Shown one piece after another: positions 1 to 10,277 of a stretch of DNA of 64,000 nucleotides. The position numbers and the translations under genes were made by a program. The stretch comes from Terriglobia bacterium (lineage in GTDB: Bacteria > Acidobacteriota > Terriglobia > 20CM-2-55-15). Location: NCBI GenBank assembly GCA_963664115.2, contig CAXWPJ010000009.1:832001-896000 (forward strand), in the 5' to 3' direction. The stretch's first letter is position 1, and each line of letters starts with the position of its first letter. The notes under the pieces were generated by a model. That model did not search any database and was not told the origin of the DNA. It saw only the letters and a program-made list of their open reading frames with translations.

Positions 1-126
1 GCTTCGACTCAGTCGCTCCAACTCCATCCGCTGCTTGTCATCCAATTCAATGGTCGGTGCTTTCCTCATTCTCTATTGGACGTTGGAAAGCTATTTTAGT
101 TACATTACTTCGAGCGGGGTACACTA
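1..126 (-). mobile_element. IS630-family element, partial (transposase 5' end and terminal repeat)
   Basis: Bases 1-126 match 60655-60780, the end of the full IS630 copy. Transposase ATG is at 69. The end ...GGGGTACAC-TA sits in a CTAG target. Confidence 0.92.
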
Positions 127-1128
127 GTTTCCACTACCCACCTCACCGCCAACAAACTCTTGATATTTGAGAACGTCGTCATGGCTGCCAATAATCAAGG
201 GCACGCGCATCTGGAGCGAGTCCGGTTGGACGTTGAGTATCCGTTCGGTCCCGGTAGTCGCCAGGCCACCGGCCTGTTCGGCCACCATGGCCAGGGGGGA
301 GGCCTCGTACAAAAGCCGCAGCTTGGCCTTGGGGCCTGGATAGAGAAAGATCCCACCCTTCAGAAGATTCCGGTGAAAATCGGCAACCAACGAGCCGATG
401 TAGCGCATCGAATAGGGCCGACCTCCGGCTTCGTCATTTTCTTTCAGGTAGCGAACGTAGGCTTGGGTCGCGTCGTCCCACTTGGATTCATTGCCTTCGT
501 TGATGCTGTATATCCTCCCCTGCTTCGGGCTCTGAATGTTCTCGTGCGAAAGGAGAAACTCGCCCAGAGGTGGATCCAGCGTAAACCCATGAACACCGTT
601 GCCTGTCGTGTATACCATCATGGTGCTTGAACCATAGATGAAATAACCGGCGGCCACCTGTTTGTATCCGAGCTGGAGACAGTCCGCTTCGGTACCGTCA
701 CCCTCCTCTGAAACTCTACGGTGGATCGAAAAGATCGTTCCAATACTCGTATTGACATCGATGTTGGAAGAGCCATCCAGCGGATCGTGAAGGAGGACGT
801 ACTTGCCTCTTGGACTTCCGTCGGGAAGCAGAATGATCCCGTCTGATTCCTCCGACGCCATCACACAGAGCATTCCACAGCTGCCCATGGCCCGATAGAT
901 CGTGCTATCGGCAAAGTCGTCCAGCTTCATAACGGTTTCGCCGTACACATTGATGCTGTCGGTTTCACCCAGAACGGTTTTAGCCAAGCCCGCGCGATTG
1001 ACGTCTCGAGAAATAATCTTTGCTGCCACTGTCAGGTTCGTAAGCAATGAAGTGAAATCACCGGTCGCTTCAGGATGTTTGCGTTCCTCATCCAGAATAT
1101 GTTGCTGAACTGTTTTAATCGCGCTCAT
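124..1128 (-). CDS. fbp: Class 1 fructose-1,6-bisphosphatase
   Basis: Motifs DPLDGSSN, YSMRYIGSLVADFHR, KLRLLYEA. Likely start MSAIK (1128). Confidence 0.95.
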   Translation of the reverse strand: MSAIKTVQQHILDEERKHPEATGDFTSLLTNLTVAAKIISRDVNRAGLAKTVLGETDSINVYGETVMKLDDFADSTIYRAMGSCGMLCVMASEESDGIILLPDGSPRGKYVLLHDPLDGSSNIDVNTSIGTIFSIHRRVSEEGDGTEADCLQLGYKQVAAGYFIYGSSTMMVYTTGNGVHGFTLDPPLGEFLLSHENIQSPKQGRIYSINEGNESKWDDATQAYVRYLKENDEAGGRPYSMRYIGSLVADFHRNLLKGGIFLYPGPKAKLRLLYEASPLAMVAEQAGGLATTGTERILNVQPDSLQMRVPLIIGSHDDVLKYQEFVGGEVGSGN

Positions 1129-1133
1129 ACGTA

Positions 1134-2153
1134 TCAACTCTTAAGCTGTTGCACTTCTTCGCGGAGTCGCTGTAGTTCTTTCGCCATCTTGGGCAACCTC
1201 GCGACATATGCTTGCTGCAGTTTGATGTCTTTCAACGGGCGCGCTGGGGTCCCCCACAGCACCTGTCCCGCTCGGGAACGCTTCCCATTCAGAACCCCGC
1301 TTTGTCCCCCGATCACCGAGCCGTCATCAATTCGGGCCCCTTCGCCCACACCGACCTGCCCCCCGATCATCGCGTCGGCTCCGATGGAACAACTCCCTGA
1401 AACTCCGGTTTGGGCTGCAATCACTGTCCGGCCCCCGATGCGCACGTTGTGGCCGATGTGACACAGATTATCCAGTTTTGTTCCCTTTTCGATAATGGTT
1501 TGGCCCAACGATCCTCGATCGATCGTCGTGTTCGCTCCGATCTCGACATCATCTTCTATAACGAGTCGACCGCGCTGGGGAAACTTCAAGAGCGTGTCCC
1601 CGTCACGGACATAGCCGAAACCGTCAGACCCGATCACGACACCGGCATGGAGGATCACTCTGTTTCCGATCTGAGCGCCTTGATAGATCACCACGTTGGC
1701 GTGTATGACGCATTGAGATCCCACCGCGCACCCAGCGGCAATATAACATCCCGGGCGAACGACAGTGGACGGACCGATCCGGACATCGTCTTCGATGACG
1801 ACGTGGGCTCCGACCTCCACTCCGTCCCCCAGTTCAACGTCCTCACCGATGACAGCCGTCGGGTGCACCCCAGGAACCGCCCGGGCGGTTGGAATGAGCC
1901 ACTCGGCCGCTCGAATGAAAGCAACTTTCGGGTTCTGAACCACAATCGTAGTCTTCGCAGGATACTCGCCTTCCGAAACCAGAACACAGGAGGCCCGGCT
2001 CGAGGCCACGCGATCCTGGTAGCGTGGTTCGGCATAACTGAGATCCCCCTCACTCGCCTGGCCGAGATCGGCAACGTTCTCGATTGGCTCGGCAGGGGAA
2101 CCCTCCAACCGTCCGCCAAGAAATTCGGCCAGTTCTCCGGCTGTTCGTTTCAT
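1134..2153 (-). CDS. lpxD: UDP-3-O-acylglucosamine N-acyltransferase
   Basis: Hexapeptide repeats, [28 protein letters not shown]. Start MKRTAG overlaps the hemY stop (ATGA). Confidence 0.93.
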   Translation of the reverse strand: MKRTAGELAEFLGGRLEGSPAEPIENVADLGQASEGDLSYAEPRYQDRVASSRASCVLVSEGEYPAKTTIVVQNPKVAFIRAAEWLIPTARAVPGVHPTAVIGEDVELGDGVEVGAHVVIEDDVRIGPSTVVRPGCYIAAGCAVGSQCVIHANVVIYQGAQIGNRVILHAGVVIGSDGFGYVRDGDTLLKFPQRGRLVIEDDVEIGANTTIDRGSLGQTIIEKGTKLDNLCHIGHNVRIGGRTVIAAQTGVSGSCSIGADAMIGGQVGVGEGARIDDGSVIGGQSGVLNGKRSRAGQVLWGTPARPLKDIKLQQAYVARLPKMAKELQRLREEVQQLKS

Positions 2154-3445
2154 GAAGCCCTCCGAAGGTATTCGATAACGGCACTGCCTGTCCGTTGGCC
2201 CTGCTCGATCGATGCGGGCACGGATACGCCATTCAAATAGTTGCCAGCCAGGAAAAGGCCTGGCTGTTTCGCTATCCTTTTCATCGCATCCTTTTTCCAA
2301 CGCGGCTGTCCGAGACGATATTGAGGAATCGCGCGTGGGTAGCGGAACAGCGCCAACTGTTTCACACCACCTTCAAATCCGAGAACCTGTTTCAATTCTG
2401 ATTCCACCGTTTCCCACACGCGCTCGTCCGACCACCGAACGATGTCCGGCTCAGTCGCGCCCCCAAGAAAACTGGTTAAAAGGGCCTTCCCTTCCGGTGC
2501 GCGACTCGGAAACAGACTGGAGCTGAATAGCGTTCCGAGGGTATGGAGACTCTCCCCTCGGGGCACCAGAAAGCCGAATCCGTCCAATGGGGTCCTCAAC
2601 TGTGCCTCACCCACGGAGGCGGCTACCACAAGAATCGGGGCGTATGGAACAGCCCGGAACACATTTCCAAGCTCTGGATCGATGGGTGTGAGCAAGGCCG
2701 ACACAGCATCGGCTGGAGCCGCGACCACCACGGCCTTCGCCTGAATTTGTCCGGCAGAGGAATCCACACTCCAACTCGGTTCTAAGCACGTGCCATCGAC
2801 ACCATAGCGAATATCCAGATTTCTGGCCAGGCCCCGGGGTAGCGTTTCCATCCCTCTTCGGAAGGACGAAAGCTTCGGACGTGGTCTCGATAGCGCCCCG
2901 CGCAGCACACCGAGCATAACGCTGCCGTAGAGTGACTCCAACTCCTTCATCCGCGGGAACGTCGCTTCGATCGACAGCTCTTCTGTGTCTCCAGCGTAGA
3001 TACCTCCAACGAACGGAGCAACGAGTCGATCATGAACCTCGGTTCCGAATCGCCGGCGAAAGAATGAGGCCAATGATTCGTCTCCTTGATCGCGATTTCG
3101 CGACATGAGCGGTTCCGCGAGAGCTCGGAGCGTACCGGCTGGAGAGAGAACCCATGGTGCCCTGCGTAGCTTGCCATTGACGTAAATGAACCTGGGAGAT
3201 TTCAGGGGCGCCACGACAATCTCCTCCATAAGACCGGCCTCCTGGAGAAATTCGATGGTGGCCCGCGTTGGGAGGATTGAGTTGGGACCCGATTCGACAA
3301 GGTAGCCGTCGAGCCGATGGCTTTGAATGACGCCGCCCGGTCGTCGCTTCGCTTCCAGAACGACTACGTCGAAACCTGCGCGTCGAATCTGCCACGCGCA
3401 GGCCAAGCCAGAGATCCCTCCTCCAATGACGACGACATCTGACAT
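2150..3445 (-). CDS. hemY: HemY-type protoporphyrinogen/coproporphyrinogen oxidase
   Basis: FAD motif [36 protein letters not shown]. Lies in the heme cluster. Confidence 0.9.
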   Translation of the reverse strand: MSDVVVIGGGISGLACAWQIRRAGFDVVVLEAKRRPGGVIQSHRLDGYLVESGPNSILPTRATIEFLQEAGLMEEIVVAPLKSPRFIYVNGKLRRAPWVLSPAGTLRALAEPLMSRNRDQGDESLASFFRRRFGTEVHDRLVAPFVGGIYAGDTEELSIEATFPRMKELESLYGSVMLGVLRGALSRPRPKLSSFRRGMETLPRGLARNLDIRYGVDGTCLEPSWSVDSSAGQIQAKAVVVAAPADAVSALLTPIDPELGNVFRAVPYAPILVVAASVGEAQLRTPLDGFGFLVPRGESLHTLGTLFSSSLFPSRAPEGKALLTSFLGGATEPDIVRWSDERVWETVESELKQVLGFEGGVKQLALFRYPRAIPQYRLGQPRWKKDAMKRIAKQPGLFLAGNYLNGVSVPASIEQGQRTGSAVIEYLRRAS

Positions 3446-3466
3446 GGCTAATAGGAGTTCGCTCGA

Positions 3467-4435
3467 CTACTCTTTCAAAGCAACTTCGACCAACTCTCGC
3501 AGCGACTGAATAAACGTAGGGTCACAGTTGAGGGCTGGAACCCGCCGATAGGTATCGATGCCCGCATCGGCAGCCACCTTTTTGTAAAGGATGTCGAGTT
3601 CGTAGAGCGTCTCGATGTGCTCGGACACGAAACTGACAGGGACGACCAGGATTTCATCCACCCCTTGCCTTCCAAGTTCAACAATCACGTCGTTCGTAGA
3701 AGGCCCGAGCCATTCAACCGGCCCGATCTTGCTCTGAAACGAAAGTCGGTATGGATTTATTCTTCCTAAGCGGTCCGCAATAAGCTCGACCGTTTCACGT
3801 GTCTGCTCCAGGTAGGGGTCGCCCTCGCGCACATAGCGTTCAGGAATGCTGTGGGCGCTGAACAAGATCTGCACGTTGTCGGGTTCAGGAAAGTCTTCAA
3901 GTTCTCTACGGATCATTTGAGTAATCGCGGATATGTAGGTGCTGTGGTTCTGCCACGACGATACCCAACGGACGTCAGTTCCGGCAAGCGCAGGTCGTTC
4001 CTGGATCAGGCGTTCAAGCGTACGGAAACCCGAGCCTGTGGTTGTCACCGAGTACTGGGGAAAGAGCGGCAGCACAACAAGACGGTCCACATCGTGGCGC
4101 TCGACCTCATCGAGTGTCTCGCTAAGAAACGGATGCCACGTGCACATGCCAACGAAAACATCGACCTGCATGCCAGCCCATCGCAGATCGTCCGAGAGGG
4201 CCTGGGCCTGTTCTTCCGTAATCCTTCGAAGAGGCGATCCCCCTCCAATCTTCCGGTAATACCCACACGACAGCCTTTTCCTCAAAGTCGCGATCAAATA
4301 AGCAACGGCATGACGGAGAAACGGAGATTTTATGCGAATGATCTCGGGATCCGAGAACAGTTCATACAGAAAGGGCTTGACCTCATCGAGGGATTCCGGT
4401 CCACCCAGATTAAAAACAATGACTGCGGTCTTCAT
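3467..4435 (-). CDS. hemH: Ferrochelatase
   Basis: NLGGP, IGGGSPL, LPLFPQYS, FSAHSIP, FVSEHIETLYELD. Confidence 0.95.
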   Translation of the reverse strand: MKTAVIVFNLGGPESLDEVKPFLYELFSDPEIIRIKSPFLRHAVAYLIATLRKRLSCGYYRKIGGGSPLRRITEEQAQALSDDLRWAGMQVDVFVGMCTWHPFLSETLDEVERHDVDRLVVLPLFPQYSVTTTGSGFRTLERLIQERPALAGTDVRWVSSWQNHSTYISAITQMIRRELEDFPEPDNVQILFSAHSIPERYVREGDPYLEQTRETVELIADRLGRINPYRLSFQSKIGPVEWLGPSTNDVIVELGRQGVDEILVVPVSFVSEHIETLYELDILYKKVAADAGIDTYRRVPALNCDPTFIQSLRELVEVALKE

Positions 4436-4472
4436 ACAATGCTTCGCATCGATACAGCGGGAAGAACAAATC

Positions 4473-4560
4473 TTTTTAACACGAAGGTCACGAAGGTCAC
4501 GAAGGACTTTAATTCAGTTTCTTCAATACCTGTTTGCCTTCGTTGCCTTCGTGTTAAAAA
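4473..4560. repeat. REP-like palindromic element (ACACGAAG...CTTCGTGT family)
   Basis: TTTTTAACACGAAGGTCACGAAGGTCACGAAG ... CTTCGTTGCCTTCGTGTTAAAAA. Related copies recur in other intergenic gaps. Confidence 0.8.
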
Positions 4561-4592
4561 TCCCATCCGATCAAGGTCAACATATCGCCAGG

Positions 4593-5612
4593 CTAGCTAT
4601 GTCTGTAGCTCTTCGCGAAATCGATGAACGCCTGTGCGTTCGTGACAGGTGTGGGGGGTAGAATTCCGTGTCCCAGATTCAGGATGTGGCCTGTGGGTCC
4701 CGCTTCTTCAAGAATCCTGGCGGTTCGCGCCAACATCGTGTCCCGATCACCGAGCAGGAGACATGGATCGAGGTTGCCCTGCACCGCCAGGTTATCTCCA
4801 ATCCGGTTACGGGCCTCTGCTATCGAAATCCGCCAATCGAGACTCAGGACATCCGCACCCGACCGAGCCATTGATTCAAGAAGCGCCGACGTTCCGTTCA
4901 GGTAAAGAATACGGGGCACCTCATCGCCAATCGCTTCGAAAATCTTCTGTGTGTACGGTAGGGCAAACTCTTCGTAATCGGTCTTGCTGAGTTCTCCAGC
5001 CCACGTATCGAAAAGTTGGACCACTTGCGCCCCGCATTCGATCTGATATCGAAGATAAGTGGCGATGGTGTCGGAGAGCTTGTCCATCAGCCGATGGACA
5101 AGCTCGGGTTGGCTGTATGCCATCCCTTTGATCACCGCAAAATTCTTTGAGCCACCGCCCTCGACCATGTAGGAACCGAGTGTCCAGGGAGCGCCGGCGA
5201 ATCCAATCAGGGGCACCGCGTCCCTCAGTTCGCTTCGAAGCGTGCGGAGCACTTCTCCGGTGAACGGAAACGCTTCATCAGGTTGCGGCACTTTCAGACG
5301 ATCGATGTCATCGGAACAGCGGACGGGATTACCAATCTCCGGTCCCTTGTCGGTGAGAGCCACGGAAACGCCCATCGCTTCGGCCGGAATCAGGATGTCG
5401 GAAAAAAAGATGACTGCGTCCACACCAAGAATCCGATACGGCTGCATCGAAACTTCTACAGCCAGGTCCGGGGTCTTGCACAATTCGAGAAAGGAAACGT
5501 CTTTCCGGATATCCCGATAGTCCTTCAGGTACCGGCCCGCCTGTCGCATCATCCAAACAGGCGATCGGGGAACACTCTCTCTTCTGCAGGCACGGATGAT
5601 CAAGTCGTTCAT
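4593..5612 (-). CDS. hemE: Uroporphyrinogen decarboxylase
   Basis: PVWMMRQAGRYL, FSDIL, QGNLDP, NLGHGI. Confidence 0.96.
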   Translation of the reverse strand: MNDLIIRACRRESVPRSPVWMMRQAGRYLKDYRDIRKDVSFLELCKTPDLAVEVSMQPYRILGVDAVIFFSDILIPAEAMGVSVALTDKGPEIGNPVRCSDDIDRLKVPQPDEAFPFTGEVLRTLRSELRDAVPLIGFAGAPWTLGSYMVEGGGSKNFAVIKGMAYSQPELVHRLMDKLSDTIATYLRYQIECGAQVVQLFDTWAGELSKTDYEEFALPYTQKIFEAIGDEVPRILYLNGTSALLESMARSGADVLSLDWRISIAEARNRIGDNLAVQGNLDPCLLLGDRDTMLARTARILEEAGPTGHILNLGHGILPPTPVTNAQAFIDFAKSYRHS

Positions 5613-5699
5613 GATTTCGGATGGAACCTTCGATTAAATGGAAGCCGTTCGGTCAGGGGTCCAGGTTGAAACAAGGTCGTATGATACAATATCGCCTCG

Positions 5700-6470
5700 A
5701 TGCAGACATCCGAAACCGGGCTCAAGGCGCCGGTCGATGGCCAGCTAAGTCCTTCTGATCCCTATATTTCCATAGTTGTCCCTGCTTATAACGAGGCGCT
5801 TCGAATCGGCCCATCGGTTGAGGGCATTTTGCGTTTCATCGATGCCCGCCAGTTCGAGGCTGAAGTCATACTCGTTGATGATGGATCCGTCGACGATACC
5901 TCGAAAATAGCCTCCGCCTTCCCCCTCCGCATCATTCGTAATGGCTCCAATCGGGGAAAAGGATACAGCGTGCAACGCGGTGTTCTGGAAGCCAAAGGAG
6001 CCTGGGTGCTCTTTACCGATGCAGATCTGTCCGCGCCCATCGAAGAGTTGGACAGCCTTCTCGAGATGGGGGAAGACGGCGCTGATGTCGTCATCGGATC
6101 CCGAGCCGTGGACCGCTCGAAAATCAGTGTTCATCAAAGTCGATTCCGGGAAGTGGGAGGCATCTTCTACAACTTGATCGTTCGCCTGACGCTTGGGCTC
6201 TCCATCCAGGACACACAGTGCGGATTCAAGTTGTTTCGGCGAGAAACGACGTCCCAGGTCTTTCGGAATCAGACCATCCATGGTTTCGGCTTCGATCCCG
6301 AGATCCTGTTTCTTGCCAAACGCCAGGGATTGACGATCCGCGAAGTCCCTGTCGCATGGAGCCACGACGCGGGATCCAAGGTCCACTTCTTCAGCGACGG
6401 CCTCGAGATGTTCCTCGACCTGGCCCGCATACGATGGAACGCGTTGATGGGACGCTATGAAAAGAAATGA
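5700..6470 (+). CDS. Glycosyltransferase family 2 (dolichyl-phosphate glucosyltransferase-like)
   Basis: VVPAYNE, VDDGS, NRGKG, FTDADLS, DTQCGFKLF. Confidence 0.9.
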   Translation: MQTSETGLKAPVDGQLSPSDPYISIVVPAYNEALRIGPSVEGILRFIDARQFEAEVILVDDGSVDDTSKIASAFPLRIIRNGSNRGKGYSVQRGVLEAKGAWVLFTDADLSAPIEELDSLLEMGEDGADVVIGSRAVDRSKISVHQSRFREVGGIFYNLIVRLTLGLSIQDTQCGFKLFRRETTSQVFRNQTIHGFGFDPEILFLAKRQGLTIREVPVAWSHDAGSKVHFFSDGLEMFLDLARIRWNALMGRYEKK

Positions 6471-6585
6471 ACAGTAACGAGTGAGGCGTGACGGGAAGGA
6501 GTGTCCGAAACTTCGTTACCTTCGTGTCTGCGTGTTGAAAAACATCCCAGCGATCTCTGCGTTTCTGCGTCTCGGCGTTGGAATT

Positions 6586-7323
6586 TTAGTTCGTAGACTG
6601 CGAAATTATCTGGAGGTACCGCCTAAGAGTCCCCTCGAAGCCATGGTCAAAGGATTCCACGACAATGGCGTGGCCGATTGAAACTTCCTGGATGGCTTGG
6701 ATCGTAAGGAATTTCGGCAGGTTGTGCAGGTTCAGGTCGTGCCCCGCGTTGACGCCTATCCCCAGGCTTTCGGCGTGGAGGGCCGCCTCGGAGAACCGTT
6801 TCCACACGGCCTCTTCATCAGGCGTTCCAAAGGCGCGCGCATAGGGTTCGGTGTAGAGTTCGATTCTCTCGGCACCGATTGCCTTTACGCGGGCTATCTG
6901 GGCTTTCACCGGATCCATGAACAAGCTGACACGGATGCCGGCGGACCGGAGGTCGCCGACGATTGGCCTCAAACTGTCGCCGTCGGTTTCGAGATTCCAC
7001 CCGTGGTCTGAGGTCAACTGATTCGGGTCGTCAGGCACGAGGGTGCATTGGTGGGGCCTGACGTCTTTCACGATCTTCAAGAATTCCGGGATGGGATTGC
7101 CTTCGATGTTGAACTCAACGTCCGGATGGGCACCGGTCAACTCGGACAGCTCGTGGACATCGGAATAACGAATGTGGCGTTGGTCCGGCCGGGGATGCAC
7201 CGTAATCCCGTGCGCACCGGCCGCAATCGCTCGTTGGGCCATATTCGCTACGTTCGGGTAGTCGGTGTCGCGGGAATTGCGGATCAGAGCGATCTTGTTA
7301 ACGTTGACGCTGAGTTTGGTCAT
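6586..7323 (-). CDS. pdxJ: Pyridoxine 5'-phosphate synthase
   Basis: LSVNVNKIA, GITVHPRPDQRHI, NAGHDL, EVSIGHA. Confidence 0.96.
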   Translation of the reverse strand: MTKLSVNVNKIALIRNSRDTDYPNVANMAQRAIAAGAHGITVHPRPDQRHIRYSDVHELSELTGAHPDVEFNIEGNPIPEFLKIVKDVRPHQCTLVPDDPNQLTSDHGWNLETDGDSLRPIVGDLRSAGIRVSLFMDPVKAQIARVKAIGAERIELYTEPYARAFGTPDEEAVWKRFSEAALHAESLGIGVNAGHDLNLHNLPKFLTIQAIQEVSIGHAIVVESFDHGFEGTLRRYLQIISQSTN

Positions 7324-8570
7324 CAAGTCCCAACAAACTTACGATAGCGGAGCTTACCGACTTTCATTGTCCGTTCCTCACCGGGCGAGAGTTTGATCAG
7401 GCTCCGTGCATCAAGCTGTTTCTCTCCATCGATAGAAACTGCTCCGGATTTGACCAGGCGGGTGGCGTCGGAAACCGAACTCGCCATTCCTGAGGAAGAC
7501 AGGAGTTTTGCCAGGGCAACGCCATCAGAGGGAACTTCAGTCGTTTCGATGTCGTCAGGCACTTCTTTCTTCCCGAACACCCGCTGGAAATGCTCCCGCG
7601 CCGCCGACGCCGCATCCGCGCCGTAGTAGTCGCTGATGATGTGTGCCCCAAGGTCCCCTTTCAACTCCATGGGGTGGCGCTTGCCTGAAACGACTTCCTT
7701 TTTCCATCCCTCTATCTCTTTTACGGGCACGTCGGTCACGAGTTCCCAGTAGCGGTACATCATCGCGTCGGAAATTGACATCACCTTTCCGAATATCTCA
7801 TTGGGTTCTTCATTGATACCGATATAGTTGTCCAGTGACTTGCTCATCTTCTGGACACCATCGGTTCCCTCCAGCAGGGGCATCGTCATGACGATCTGAG
7901 CGGCTTGTCCGTACTCTCTCTGCAGATCGCGCCCGACCAGCAAATTAAACTTCTGGTCCGTACCACCCAGCTCGACATCGGCTTCGAGGGCAACCGAGTC
8001 GTAACCCTGCACGATCGGGTATAACAGTTCATGCATCGAAATGGGCTGCTGCGCCTTGAGTCTCTTCTCGAATTCATCGCGCTCCAGAATCTGCCGCACA
8101 GTGAAGCGTCCACACAGAGCCACAAGCCCTTCGGCGCCCATCTCGGACATCCAGCGGCTATTGAAATCGATCACCGTGGTTTCCGGGTTTAGGATTTTGA
8201 AGATTTGCTTCTTGTAGGTCTCTGCGTTGGCGTTGATTTCTTCTCGAGTCAGTTGCTTTCGAGTGACCGATCGACCGGAAGGATCGCCGATCAAGCCTGT
8301 GAAGTCGCCGATCAGGAAGATGACCGTATGGCCGAGATCCTGAAAGTGCTTCATCTTTCGGATCAGGACCGTGTGCCCCAGATGGATGTCAGGCGCGGTC
8401 GGATCGAAACCGGCTTTCACTTTCAACGGTTGGCCTGTCTTCTGAGATTTCTCCAGCCGTTCAACGAGGTCTTCCCGACGGATGATCTCAACAACTCCCT
8501 TTGACAGGTAGGTCAACTGTTCATCGAGAGACAGCTTCTTGAGGTCTTCGCTCATGCGAGTCTCATCCAT
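7323..8570 (-). CDS. tyrS: Tyrosine--tRNA ligase
   Basis: [13 protein letters not shown] (HIGH), [14 protein letters not shown]-terminal S4 domain. Confidence 0.96.
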   Translation of the reverse strand: MDETRMSEDLKKLSLDEQLTYLSKGVVEIIRREDLVERLEKSQKTGQPLKVKAGFDPTAPDIHLGHTVLIRKMKHFQDLGHTVIFLIGDFTGLIGDPSGRSVTRKQLTREEINANAETYKKQIFKILNPETTVIDFNSRWMSEMGAEGLVALCGRFTVRQILERDEFEKRLKAQQPISMHELLYPIVQGYDSVALEADVELGGTDQKFNLLVGRDLQREYGQAAQIVMTMPLLEGTDGVQKMSKSLDNYIGINEEPNEIFGKVMSISDAMMYRYWELVTDVPVKEIEGWKKEVVSGKRHPMELKGDLGAHIISDYYGADAASAAREHFQRVFGKKEVPDDIETTEVPSDGVALAKLLSSSGMASSVSDATRLVKSGAVSIDGEKQLDARSLIKLSPGEERTMKVGKLRYRKFVGT

Positions 8571-9183
8571 CTATGACGACCCGGCGATCGCGGATTTCAC
8601 ACCGGCCGTCAAGAACCTTCCCAATGGCTTCGGAATACAATCGATGCTCCTGCCAGAGGATACGGTCGGAAAGATCTTCAACCGTATCTCCATCCAGAAC
8701 CGGGACGATGACCTGACGCACAATCGGACCCCCGTCCAGGGACTCGTCCACGAAGTGTACGGTACAACCGCTGAATTTTACGCCATGTTCCAGGGCCTGG
8801 CGTTGCGCCTCCAGACCTGGAAAGGCTGGGAGCAGCGAAGGGTGGATATTCAAGATGCGCAGTGGAAAAGCTTTGACGAAAACAGGACTCAGAATACGCA
8901 TGAATCCGGCCAGGCACACCAGAGCGACGTCGTGTTCCTCAAGCAGCGCGACGACTTTCCTATCGTACTCTTCACGTTTGAGACCCGCCGAAGGCAGGTA
9001 GGCCGTCTTGAGGCCCCGCCGGCGGGCTTCTTCGAGACCCGCGGCCGCCTCGTTGTTGCTCAGTACCAGGGCAATCTCCGCATTGAGCATGCCCTGATCG
9101 ATCTGGTTTGCGATCGCCTGGAAGTTCGAGCCTCGACCTGAGAGGAGGACAGCCATTCTCCGGCTATTGAGCTCGATTTTCAT
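8563..9183 (-). CDS. purN: Phosphoribosylglycinamide formyltransferase
   Basis: [29 protein letters not shown]. Confidence 0.96.
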   Translation of the reverse strand: MKIELNSRRMAVLLSGRGSNFQAIANQIDQGMLNAEIALVLSNNEAAAGLEEARRRGLKTAYLPSAGLKREEYDRKVVALLEEHDVALVCLAGFMRILSPVFVKAFPLRILNIHPSLLPAFPGLEAQRQALEHGVKFSGCTVHFVDESLDGGPIVRQVIVPVLDGDTVEDLSDRILWQEHRLYSEAIGKVLDGRCEIRDRRVVIDG

Positions 9184-10208
9184 GCAAGGTAGGAAACTTT
9201 CCGTTCGCCTTCAACCACCCGGCCAATGACGCAGTGCTCCGACATTATGCCCTCACCGAAAGACTCCAGCGAATCCGGCCGGATCACCGCAATCATACCG
9301 ATCCCCATATTCGTCGCACGGAGCATCTCTTCGGAATCGACGGAACCGATCTTCGCCAACAACCCAAAAACGGGCAGGACGGGCCAGGAGCCCAGTTGGA
9401 TTTCCGCCTGGCAACCGTCAGGAAGAATCCGGGGCAGATTGTCGGTGATGCCTCCGCCGGTAATGTGCGCCAACCCCAACACCGCGTCCAGGACGGGGCG
9501 CAGGACGGGCTCGTAGTTCAGGTGGGGCTTGAGCAATTCTTCTCCGATCGAGATACCCAGTTCCGGAGGAACGGTGTCCACCGACCATCCCTCAACATCG
9601 AAAAACAGTTTCCGGGCCAGGGAATAGCCGTTGGTATGCAATCCGACAGAAGGCAAACCGACGATCAGATCACCGGATTGGATGCTCTTCCCGTCGATGA
9701 TCCGGCTCCGGTCTACGACGCCAACAATGAAACCCGCAACGTCGTATTCCCCATCCTTGTAGAATCCAGGCATCTCGGCTGTTTCGCCCCCAAGCAAGGC
9801 GCAACCCGCATCGGCACAAGCGGTGGCAATCCCCTCGACGACCGATACAATCACATCCGGTTCGAGACGACCCGTAGCCACATAATCCATAAAGAACAGT
9901 GGGCGTGCCCCCTGGACACCGATGTCGTTCACACAGTGGTTGACCAGATCCGCGCCCACCGTGTCATGACGTCCGGTCATGAAAGCGGCCTTCAGTTTCG
10001 TGCCGACGCCGTCGCTGCTCGATACCAGAACGGGTTCGCTCATGTTCGGGAACCGAGCGTCGAAGAGGCCACCGAATCCACCGATTTCGCTGAGAACCCC
10101 CGGGGTGAAGGTCTTACGGGCGAGCTTGCTGATCCGCTCTGTCGCCTCGGACGCAGCATCAATGTTGACTCCGGATTCCTTGTAGGTAAATGAACGGTCA
10201 GTGGTCAT
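9180..10208 (-). CDS. purM: AIR synthase
   Basis: DGVGTKL, GGETAEMPG, GLHTNGYSL, HITGGG. Confidence 0.96.
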   Translation of the reverse strand: MTTDRSFTYKESGVNIDAASEATERISKLARKTFTPGVLSEIGGFGGLFDARFPNMSEPVLVSSSDGVGTKLKAAFMTGRHDTVGADLVNHCVNDIGVQGARPLFFMDYVATGRLEPDVIVSVVEGIATACADAGCALLGGETAEMPGFYKDGEYDVAGFIVGVVDRSRIIDGKSIQSGDLIVGLPSVGLHTNGYSLARKLFFDVEGWSVDTVPPELGISIGEELLKPHLNYEPVLRPVLDAVLGLAHITGGGITDNLPRILPDGCQAEIQLGSWPVLPVFGLLAKIGSVDSEEMLRATNMGIGMIAVIRPDSLESFGEGIMSEHCVIGRVVEGERKVSYLA

Positions 10209-10277
10209 TTGATGGGGAAGTCAGAAGTGCAGAGTTAAAAGCGGAGATCTCTTGACTGTTCACTCTCAACTCATAAA

